A stretch of 39,675 bases of DNA. Origin: a virus (taxonomy: Duplodnaviria; Caudoviricetes). The notes under the pieces are model-generated. The model did no database searches. It was given only the letters and a program-made list of their open reading frames with translations, and had not been told where the DNA came from. A program made the translations under genes and the position numbers. Position 1 is the first letter of the stretch, and the number at the start of each line of letters is the position of its first letter. This document shows positions 7,513 through 15,800 of this stretch, in pieces. The DNA lies in IMG/VR virus record IMGVR_UViG_3300030376_003153, positions 1 through 39,675 of that record; one strand, given 5' to 3'.

Positions 7513-7788
7513 TTAATTATGAAAGAATTTTTTTATTCTGTCTATAGTTTTACGCTCTTCTCTCATATGTTTTTTAGTTAGCATTGCTTCAAGTTCTACT
7601 ACTCTTCCTAATAAACTGGCAAGAAATACATCTTGTTTCATTTGATGCCGTATTAAATGTGTGCAATATCTTTTTACTCCATCGTGATCATCGCTTTTTA
7701 AAACTTCTCTAATACGCATCTCCACAGATAACTGCAACTCTACAGGTGGTTCTTCTATTTCGATGTTGAGAAATTTATCTTTAGCCAT
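7513..7788 (-). CDS. Helical protein, possible NblA-like proteolysis adaptor
   Basis: ORF is well supported; its heptad pattern aligns by eye with the NblA consensus (function uncertain). Confidence 0.5.
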   Translation of the reverse strand: MAKDKFLNIEIEEPPVELQLSVEMRIREVLKSDDHDGVKRYCTHLIRHQMKQDVFLASLLGRVVELEAMLTKKHMREERKTIDRIKKFFHN

Positions 7789-7952
7789 CAGTTTAATTTG
7801 GGAAACAGATTTTGCTCAAGCAAATCAACTGCTTTATCGTCCAATGTATTCGAGGTCTGCTTTACAAATGCACGACATAAATCTATTACTAACCTTTTAC
7901 ATCCTGTCGTAGAAAGAAAGCGTAATAATATAGGCTTTAGTATTTTGTACAT
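7788..7952 (-). CDS. Amphipathic cyanophage-type protein, 54 aa (MYKILKPILLRFL...TSNTLDDKAVD...)
   Basis: Translated by hand; TGATG overlap; T.N.lDD motif recalled from cyanophage small proteins. Confidence 0.75.
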   Translation of the reverse strand: MYKILKPILLRFLSTTGCKRLVIDLCRAFVKQTSNTLDDKAVDLLEQNLFPKLN

Positions 7953-7983
7953 AGTTTGTTAGTTTTTCCAAACATAGCACACG

Positions 7984-8145
7984 TTATTGTATCTTGCCTT
8001 CTATTCTGCTAACCGCTTCTGACAACTTGTTTAGTCTAAAGTATATGTCTCGTATGTCTCGTTCTCTACGACTACTAATATTAGAAATTACCATGACAAG
8101 TGCAGTAGCTGCTGCCCCTATAAGTGCTGCGTATATCTCAGGCAT
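7984..8145 (-). CDS. Small membrane plus coiled-coil protein, 53 aa (MPEIYAALIGAAATALVMVIS...SRIEGKIQ), holin-like
   Basis: Translated by hand; N-terminal transmembrane helix followed by a coiled coil. Confidence 0.7.
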   Translation of the reverse strand: MPEIYAALIGAAATALVMVISNISSRRERDIRDIYFRLNKLSEAVSRIEGKIQ

Positions 8146-8174
8146 TTGCGTAAATAGGTAATTATGTATAGTAT
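8146..8174 (+). promoter_or_regulatory. sigma70-type promoter for the exported-protein operon
   Basis: TTGCGT, 17 nt, TAGTAT in a divergent intergenic gap. Confidence 0.5.
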
Positions 8175-8192
8175 GACTAATAAATCTTAGTT

Positions 8193-8597
8193 ATGACAGA
8201 AGAAGTTAAGAAAAATCCTCTCAAGAAACTTAAGGAAACTATTGAGGACAAAGAAGAACAACTAGCTTTTATTTCAGTAGTAGTCAGGTTAGTTGTAGTT
8301 GGGTGGAGTGGTTTCATAGTATCCCTTAACTACATAACAATTCCCGGTTATAGTAACGAACCCAAGGATATAACTTTTCCGGCTTCTCTTTTGACAGGTG
8401 CATTAGCGAGTTTTGGTTTGGAAGGTGCTAAGAAACGTGGCGATGGAACATTTAAACCAGATGAGAAACCATTAAACAAAAAAGAAGTAGAAGCGTTATT
8501 AGCTACACAATCTAGTAGTTATCAAACAGTTAGAATAGAAACGCCTTTAAAAATTTTAGGTGCTGAAGTTGTCAACAAAAAGGAAGACAAAAAATGA
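8193..8597 (+). CDS. Two-helix membrane protein of cyanophage type
   Basis: Hydrophobic VVRLVVVGWSGFIVSLNY and DITFPASLLTGALASFG segments. Confidence 0.8.
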   Translation: MTEEVKKNPLKKLKETIEDKEEQLAFISVVVRLVVVGWSGFIVSLNYITIPGYSNEPKDITFPASLLTGALASFGLEGAKKRGDGTFKPDEKPLNKKEVEALLATQSSSYQTVRIETPLKILGAEVVNKKEDKK

Positions 8598-9115
8598 AAA
8601 AATTATTTGCACTTTTATTTTTGTTTAGTCCTTCTGTAGCACTAGCAGACATCACGCAAAAATTTACGACATCTGCCCAGATTTCGGTAGATATGCCGTA
8701 CTCTGTTACTAATAAATTAGGTACGACATATTCAATATCAGGTAATAACATAACTCCGTCCGTAACTTCTGGTGGATCTACAACATCTAATGCTATTGGT
8801 GGACTTAATGTTTCTTCTTTGACCGCAGGTGTGCCGGCAATAGTGCAAACTGATAAGGCAGTTGCTACCGCAGGGAGTGCATTCTCACTGACGGAAACGC
8901 TAACTATGGGTGATGCAACTCCAAGTGCGATCACGCCATCGTCAGGCATAGCAGCACTACCACACCTTGGTGGGCAGACAACAATAGGGAGTGGTGGCAC
9001 ATTAGGATCTGGAGCGATGACAAGTTTATCTAGTGGTGTACATACTTGTAGTGGTGCATTTGGATCAGGCTCTAGTTGCATAGGATCGACAACAGTTACC
9101 ATAACCATTGACTAA
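8594..9115 (+). CDS. Exported Ser/Thr/Gly-rich protein
   Basis: Sec signal peptide MKKLFALLFLFSPSVALA; C-terminal Cys pair and terminal beta-strand. Confidence 0.85.
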   Translation: MKKLFALLFLFSPSVALADITQKFTTSAQISVDMPYSVTNKLGTTYSISGNNITPSVTSGGSTTSNAIGGLNVSSLTAGVPAIVQTDKAVATAGSAFSLTETLTMGDATPSAITPSSGIAALPHLGGQTTIGSGGTLGSGAMTSLSSGVHTCSGAFGSGSSCIGSTTVTITID

Positions 9116-9545
9116 ACTTTGGCTGCTATTAATAATATTATTTCCTGTCAAAACCTTTGCAAATCCAGTAGTACCAACCTTCCGAACAGGAAGTTCAAGT
9201 ACAAATTCCCAGACTCAAAGTGTAATAACAGAATCGGTGGTATCTCATCAGTTCCGTACAGGGTATTCTCTGAGCGTATCAGGCACAAACATAGAGAGTG
9301 CAGATGTTAATGGCTATATTAACTCTATACCTACGGCAGAAGCTGAACAAACAGTTAATGGAATTAACTTTTCATATACAAGCCCTACGTTGGAAGGTGT
9401 GCCTAGATGGAAAATAGTAAACGAAGGTCAGCCTTTCAGTTTGGTCGAATCAATAATTTCTCCCGGACTAGACACAATAACCACAATCAACAGGGTAATA
9501 AACACAACAACTACAACCACCGTAGAAACCACGTTTGGGCAGTAA
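9108..9545 (+). CDS. Exported Thr/Ser-rich protein
   Basis: Signal peptide MTKLWLLLIILFPVKTFA then NPVVPTF; TTG start overlapping the upstream gene. Confidence 0.8.
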   Translation: MTKLWLLLIILFPVKTFANPVVPTFRTGSSSTNSQTQSVITESVVSHQFRTGYSLSVSGTNIESADVNGYINSIPTAEAEQTVNGINFSYTSPTLEGVPRWKIVNEGQPFSLVESIISPGLDTITTINRVINTTTTTTVETTFGQ

Positions 9546-10120
9546 TTTTACTTTGCCTATGTCCAACAAAGGTTTTAGCTAATACAACCGTAGCAAGCCC
9601 TTCTAGCAACGCACAGGGAACGGTAAATAACAATGCCACCATGATAGCTCCGCAATCTAATCCGCAGTTTAGGATGTCACAAGGTATTGTTTGTAGCTCA
9701 CCTAGCCTTACCATTACTCCTTTTCTTACTGACTCATGGTCATTTAACCGACCTATAGAAACAGAAACTGTTCAGCCAATTTACAACGAAGATACTGGTG
9801 AGATTAAATATTATCAGCGTACACCAAGGTTTGAGAAGGACAATTATAATTTAAATTATGGAATTTCGGCTCAAATAAGCATACCATTGGGAAAAGCCCC
9901 TGCTCTTTGCCACTCAGCAACTGAGATAAATATAAAAAATCAGGAATTATTGTATAAGAAAACTGAATTAGAAGTCGCTTTGTTTCGGTTAAAAGTATGT
10001 GGTGAACAAGCTAAACTCGGTGTTCAATTCACAGGAAAGTTTGCAACGATATGCGAAGGCATTGCAGTTACTGTTCCTCCCGGTCAGGTGATCCCTCACT
10101 CACATTCTTTGAAGCCTTAG
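9407..10120 (+). CDS. Exported, possibly outer-membrane protein
   Basis: Signal h/c region VWAVILLCLCPTKVLA; amphipathic strands ending NYGISAQISIPLG; Cys-linked helices; start position uncertain. Confidence 0.75.
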   Translation: MENSKRRSAFQFGRINNFSRTRHNNHNQQGNKHNNYNHRRNHVWAVILLCLCPTKVLANTTVASPSSNAQGTVNNNATMIAPQSNPQFRMSQGIVCSSPSLTITPFLTDSWSFNRPIETETVQPIYNEDTGEIKYYQRTPRFEKDNYNLNYGISAQISIPLGKAPALCHSATEINIKNQELLYKKTELEVALFRLKVCGEQAKLGVQFTGKFATICEGIAVTVPPGQVIPHSHSLKP

Positions 10121-10709
10121 ATTTACTTAGACGTTTAATTAAATTTTTAACAATAGGTTTTACTAAATTTATAATGATAGGAGTAGTTGCAGCCACAGTA
10201 GCAATAGCAGCAGTAGAGACAACCACGCTAGGCGTAGGTATGTACTGGTCGATGAACGGTACGTCTTCATAGAGAGTAATACATTCAACTCCATCATCTC
10301 CTCTTTTGTGTCCAGTAACACGTTCTAATCTTTTTTCGTTACGAAAGTCCCCTACTCTCTGATCTTTTTTACTAGGACATGGTTTGTATTCATCTTCCTT
10401 TTTTTCTTCTTTTGGTATTTCAGTTTTTGGTGGTTCACTTGTTGGCATCTCACTATCGTTAGCAAGATTAGGCATCTCTTCTGTAATTGTTAATTGATCT
10501 GGCACATAGTTTAATGGGTTAAAACTAGGATACGGACAATTACTAATCACACCATTAGGATCTTCTATTATTAGATTTCTATTGCCTGTATTCTTTGTAT
10601 CTCTGTGGTAGTAAGTGCAACCTATAACTTGTACATTTGAGTGGCCGTAGTCAGGCACATAGGTATATGGGATATGAACATCAGGTATATGGATCTCAGG
10701 TATTTCCAA
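10068..10709 (-). CDS. Pro-rich, Cys-containing protein with a C-terminal membrane anchor
   Basis: 213-aa ORF; TTG start adjacent to the upstream stop; VVVSTAAIATVAATTPIII transmembrane segment. Confidence 0.8.
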   Translation of the reverse strand: MEIPEIHIPDVHIPYTYVPDYGHSNVQVIGCTYYHRDTKNTGNRNLIIEDPNGVISNCPYPSFNPLNYVPDQLTITEEMPNLANDSEMPTSEPPKTEIPKEEKKEDEYKPCPSKKDQRVGDFRNEKRLERVTGHKRGDDGVECITLYEDVPFIDQYIPTPSVVVSTAAIATVAATTPIIINLVKPIVKNLIKRLSKSKASKNVSEGSPDREEQ

Positions 10710-10937
10710 TTATTTTTTTGGAAGTGTTGGCAAAGCAAAAGATGAACCAGTTGTTTTTGGTAATGCGTTATCCATTACGTTAGGTAATAGCCCCTTGACC
10801 TCGCCAAGTATAGAGTTCATAATTTTAGCTTTAAATTGCTCAGATGAAACATACTTGTATGTAAAAAAACCACCGCCTAGTATTCCCAAAACTAAGACCG
10901 TGGTTAAAATTGTTAAAGCATCAAGAATTTTTCGCAT
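10710..10937 (-). CDS. Small protein with an N-terminal membrane anchor (75 aa)
   Basis: ALTILTTVLVLGILGGGFFTY transmembrane helix. Confidence 0.8.
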   Translation of the reverse strand: MRKILDALTILTTVLVLGILGGGFFTYKYVSSEQFKAKIMNSILGEVKGLLPNVMDNALPKTTGSSFALPTLPKK

Positions 10938-11070
10938 GATTAAAGAGTCAATAATACGAGCTTGCTCATTAATGAGTTTAGTCGTTCTGCTTCTTATAGT
11001 AGCAATCAGTCCTCTTTACGTCACCATGTCAATAATGACACGACAAATTCAAGAAATAAAAGTTAAGTAG
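10936..11070 (+). CDS. Small membrane protein, 44 aa (MIKESIIRACSLMSLVVLLLIVAISPLYV...)
   Basis: Occupies an otherwise empty gap; single transmembrane helix; start shares CATG with the divergent gene. Confidence 0.55.
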   Translation: MIKESIIRACSLMSLVVLLLIVAISPLYVTMSIMTRQIQEIKVK

Positions 11071-11251
11071 CTTGCTCTGTTGCAGGTGCTGTATCTGGTA
11101 TCACAACTTCTGCTGCTTTTCTATCATCTAGAATTGCTTGTATTTGTGTAAACCTGTGCTTCATTTGTTCAACTACTTTTTGTGCATCATTATGCTTTTG
11201 CACCACCTGTGCTAATTCTTCTTGTAGTTGTTGGTCTGTTGATCTGGTCAT
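11063..11251 (-). CDS. Small coiled-coil protein (62 aa)
   Basis: ORF downstream of the tail fibre, with its own promoter. Confidence 0.75.
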   Translation of the reverse strand: MTRSTDQQLQEELAQVVQKHNDAQKVVEQMKHRFTQIQAILDDRKAAEVVIPDTAPATEQAT

Positions 11252-11272
11252 AAAAAAATTATATGTTATTTA

Positions 11273-11301
11273 ATATTACTAAGCCGCTTCTAATGTTTCA
11301 A
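11273..11301 (-). promoter_or_regulatory. sigma70-type promoter at the end of tail fibre 2
   Basis: TTGAAA, 17 nt, TAATAT on the - strand. Confidence 0.6.
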
Positions 11302-12859
11302 CCCTAGTTGTTAACTCTTTAACAGCTTCTACTAACACACCTATTAAGCCATTATATTGAACAGTTTTGTATCCTTCTATTTCTCCAACTAACTTTGGAA
11401 ATACTTTCTCAAGATCTTGAGCAATGATACCGGCAGAAGCTATTGTTTGATCTTTTGCCTCACCCACTTTCATATCAAATGTATATCCATTTACTCCTTT
11501 TAATTTATCAAGTGTATTAGTAAAAGGAACTAAATTAGATTTATGTGTAAGATCAGAGCTAGATTCAAAACTAGAAGCATATATACTGTTTTGAAAATAT
11601 ACTGTTTTATCAGGATTTAATTGAATACCAAGTCCTCCATCTACTTGAAATCTCATTTGGTTATTGGAGTGCTTATAGATAATTCCACCGATAGTCGAAT
11701 GATCACCATCCGCAAAATAAAGAGTAGTATTTTGGTTAGTGTTTGTACTATGTATAGTTATGCCTGTTGCACCATCACCTGTTACAACAAATTCATTAGC
11801 ACCTGAGTTTGCAGAAGTTAAAGGACTACTTGTATTTTCGACTCTAGCTCCAGTATCTGTGGTTACAAATTTTTTTTCGTTGTTGTAATATAAATCTACC
11901 GATGTGTTGTGATTACAATTTATATATGTTTCATTATTAGTACCTGAGTTTGTTCTAAGTTTAATAGCATCAGCTTGTAAATATAAATATCCAGTACCAT
12001 TTTCATGTGTTACATAGCTAGAAGTATCAGAAGAATTATGATAAATTTCTAAGTCGTTGCCAGTTCCTAATAGTATTTTGCCATTATCAGGAATGTTTAT
12101 ATTTCCAGAAGCAAGTATACGCATCCGTTCTATATTGTTTGTACCAAATAATAAATCTGTATTTTCTTGATTAAAAATTTGACCTCTTTCAGCACCATCA
12201 AGACCAACAACAAAGCCATCAGAACCTCCTGATCCTGTAGTGGTATTAGAGAAAACCATATTTGAAGCAGAACTGCTTGCGGTATGTAAATGTAATCGCT
12301 GTTGTGGACTTGTACTTCCGATCCCAACATTCCCAGACGAATCTATACGCATACGTTCTGTTTGGTTTGTATGCAAAATTAATGGATAATTTCCTAAACT
12401 TCTTAGTAATACACCATCAGTATTAGCTCTGAATTGTCCTTCTATATTACTACCAGTTTCTAAAACACCAATTGTTGCACTTCCACTTTTATTAATTTTA
12501 AAATTACTATTTGCAAAAGTAACAATACTATTGTTATATTCTAAATTTGCTTCGCAATCTAATTCACCTGCGTTATTAGTTCCAGTAATAAATTTAGTTG
12601 ATGCGTTGTTGTTTATTGTTGTGCCAGCAGGGATAGATTCAAAGCTAGGGTCTGCTCCGTTGTTTGCTCGTAAGAACTTACCATTATTATTGCTGTCGCC
12701 ATGTGGGAGTTTAGCTAGTGTTACTGCTCCATCTAAAATTTTATCTGTAATAATTTGGTTGTCAGCTATGTCTTCACTTTGAATACTTCCATTTACAATT
12801 TTAGCTGTGTTGATGGCATTACTCTTGACACCATCTGTTGATACTTGTGTTAATCCCAT
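11279..12859 (-). CDS. Tail fibre 2 with C-terminal peptidase S74 intramolecular chaperone
   Basis: ERMRI.SSGNVGIG repeats; SSDLTHK..GIIAQDLEKVFP..VQYNGLIGVLVEAVKEL; AGGAGG RBS. Confidence 0.9.
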   Translation of the reverse strand: MGLTQVSTDGVKSNAINTAKIVNGSIQSEDIADNQIITDKILDGAVTLAKLPHGDSNNNGKFLRANNGADPSFESIPAGTTINNNASTKFITGTNNAGELDCEANLEYNNSIVTFANSNFKINKSGSATIGVLETGSNIEGQFRANTDGVLLRSLGNYPLILHTNQTERMRIDSSGNVGIGSTSPQQRLHLHTASSSASNMVFSNTTTGSGGSDGFVVGLDGAERGQIFNQENTDLLFGTNNIERMRILASGNINIPDNGKILLGTGNDLEIYHNSSDTSSYVTHENGTGYLYLQADAIKLRTNSGTNNETYINCNHNTSVDLYYNNEKKFVTTDTGARVENTSSPLTSANSGANEFVVTGDGATGITIHSTNTNQNTTLYFADGDHSTIGGIIYKHSNNQMRFQVDGGLGIQLNPDKTVYFQNSIYASSFESSSDLTHKSNLVPFTNTLDKLKGVNGYTFDMKVGEAKDQTIASAGIIAQDLEKVFPKLVGEIEGYKTVQYNGLIGVLVEAVKELTTRVETLEAA

Positions 12860-12864
12860 TTAGC

Positions 12865-15800
12865 TTAACCTCCTAGTGCAGCGACTTTAGTTTCTAATGT
12901 TTCTATCTTAGCAATAGCTTCTTGTAAAGCAGCAGTAAGTAAAGGTACAAGCTTTGCTTGGTCTATAGTTTGTACTTTTATATCAGTTGTCGAATATTCT
13001 TTTATATCACCAACTTTTTTACCTTCGGGTATCTCGTCACCTTCTTTATACAATATAGCTTGCATTTCATCTTTAACTCCTGTAACCGCTTCTGGTACTA
13101 CAGTTTGTGCTTCATGTGCAAAAAATCCATCTACTTTTGTACCTAGATCTGACTTCCATTCAAATTGATAAGGTTTTAAATTTTTAATTCTTGTTATACC
13201 ATCTGCAATTAATTGTGCGTTTGTTTTTAATCTATAGTCAGAACTTGAATTATAAGATGTAGTATTGTTTCCTCCATTAGATGTTATCTGACCACAAAAA
13301 TCAGCATCACCATCTCTGAAGATAAGCATACCTGCGTTACCGCTATTACTAGAAGTTCTAAGCTCAAACACGTTTCCATCATTTAACAACTTAGCGTGTT
13401 GAGAACTATTGGAAATAAGCTTAATTATTCCGTTTGAACCGATCCGCATACGCTCTACATTATTGGTATAAAAAAGCGTACCGTGATTGCCTACACCTTT
13501 AATAACGTTATTGTTTCCATCGTGTGAGATTTGAAAATCAGAACTAGAGCCTAAAAGAAGTGTATCTCCATCAGCAGCCAACTCAACATTCCCTGTAACC
13601 TTCACTCCACCACTTGTTGTCTCAAACTTTTTAGTTCCTGAGTAATGTAAATCTACTGATCCATTTGGAGTACATATTATACCTTCTTGCCCACCTTTTG
13701 CTTGTATTCTTACCTTTTCAGAAGTACTACTACCATCATTTCTTATATAGAAATCACCTACGTTATTATCAAAATATGCGTCATTTGCATCATGATATAA
13801 GTTTAATTGTTGATTAGCTCCAAGGTTAACACCATTAAGATGTCCACTACCAGTAAAGTCTAATTTACCTGTAATTTTAGTTCCTGTACTAGTTGTCTCA
13901 AACTTTTTCTGAGCAGCCGACCCACTCATCCCATGATATAGTTCTACTGTTCCGTCAGTATTTGCAACGACCATATTTTCGCCAGTATCTTTTTGAAGCT
14001 TAATAGCACCACCATTACTAAATAGTTTAAAATCTCCTCCTCCGTTGTCATAAAGTACTGAGTTACCGTCATGGTATATTTTTAAATCTTTGCTATCACC
14101 AATACATATATTTTCCTCAGTATTACCTGGACCACCATCACCAACAAGAATTTGGTTGCCATTAGTATCTAATGCACCGCCTAGCTGTGGCGATGTGTCA
14201 TTTACTAAGTCAGTAACAACAGTTGTCCATGCACCGTCACCTCTTAAAAAGTTTGTGTTATTTGGTGTGCCAGATGTAGCAAGTTTTGTTAAAGCTATTG
14301 CTGCACTTGCATTAATATCAGCATTGACTATATCTAAGTTTGCAAGTTTAGATTTTGCAATAGCTGCACTTGCGTTTATGTCATCGTTGACAATAGATCC
14401 ATTTACTATATGTGCCGAAGTAACTGTGTTATTGCTTGGAGTTCCAATACTTACAGAAGCACCAATAGTAACAATAAAATAATCTGCTCCGTTAGGAGGG
14501 GGAGAACTAAATACTATATTTGCACCATCTAATGCAAATCCTTCACTAGGCTGACCTGTACCAGAATTAGGTTTTTGTACAACACCATTAACGCTGACCA
14601 ACATTTGTTGAGCAAACTGACCTGCGTTGCTTAACGTAAATTTATAAGCAGTGCCGTCAAATGACGATGCATTACCACCAGTACCATTAAAAGTACCAAT
14701 AGTATTTATAAAGAAATTTCCAACAGATTGTGTTTCTTCCCATGCAGTAGTTAAGCCGTTGTAAACTAAAAGTTTACCGCTTGCTTGGTTATAAAATAAA
14801 TCACCTGCGTCATTGTTAGATGATGGATTATTACCAGTATTATCTGTTCTATATCTAGCAGCAAAAGCATTAACACCAGTAAGATTTGATGCGACAGTAT
14901 TAACATTTGCAATGCTGCCACCTACGTTATTGACGTTTGTAATTGCACCTGCAACAGTATTTACGTTTGTTGCATTACCTGCCACAGAGGTAACATTACT
15001 CGAAATACCTGCGACTGTATTTACGTTTGCTATATTGTTTCCTACGATATCTACGTTTGTAATTGCATTAGCAACTGTATCTATTTCAGAAGTAGTTTCG
15101 TTTAAATCATCGGCTGCTGTTTGAATTTCAGAAACAGTTTCATTTAGATCATTAGCAACTGTTTGTATCTTTGCAATGTCCGTTGCTACAGTATTAACAT
15201 TACTAATGTTAGAAGCAACTGTGTTTATATTTGTAGCGTTACTTGCTACTGCATTTACATTAGATATTGAACCTGCAACAGTGTTTATATTAGAAGAATT
15301 ACTATTTACGGCATTTATATTTGTAGCGTTATTAGCTACTGCGTTAACTCCAGTAATACTTCCGGCAACTGTATTAACGTTATTAATTGAACCTGCAACA
15401 GTATTGACATTTGTAAGATCTGATCCAAATATTGTTACTTCTAACCAAGTAGTATTGCCAAGGTCATAAACCCTCATTCTATTTACATTAGAATTAAAAT
15501 ATAATGCTCCATCTATTAACGCATTACCGTCATTATCAAGTGTAGGATTAGATTGCTTTGCCCCTAAATATCTATCATCAAAAGAATCTAATGCAGTTTC
15601 TGCTGCGGTCTGGGCTGCCTGTGCTGCGGTCTTTGCAGTGTCAGCTTGCGTTGCTTTTGTAGATGCCGTGGTAGCTGAACTAGCTGCTGCTGTTGCCGAG
15701 CTTGCTGCTGCGGTTTGACTAGATGCTGCTGCGGTTTGTGACGCTGCCGCTGCTGTGGCAGAACTGGCTGCTGCTGTAGCTGATGACGCTGCGTTAGTTG

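Noticed and set aside
8572-9108. 178-aa antisense ORF, and the many other antisense ORFs over structural genes
   Set aside because: They are shadows of well-supported genes on the opposite strand, explained by codon bias
9416-9440. Tat signal (KRRSAF) for the third exported protein
   Set aside because: Poor match to S/T-R-R-x-F-L-K and too far from the hydrophobic core
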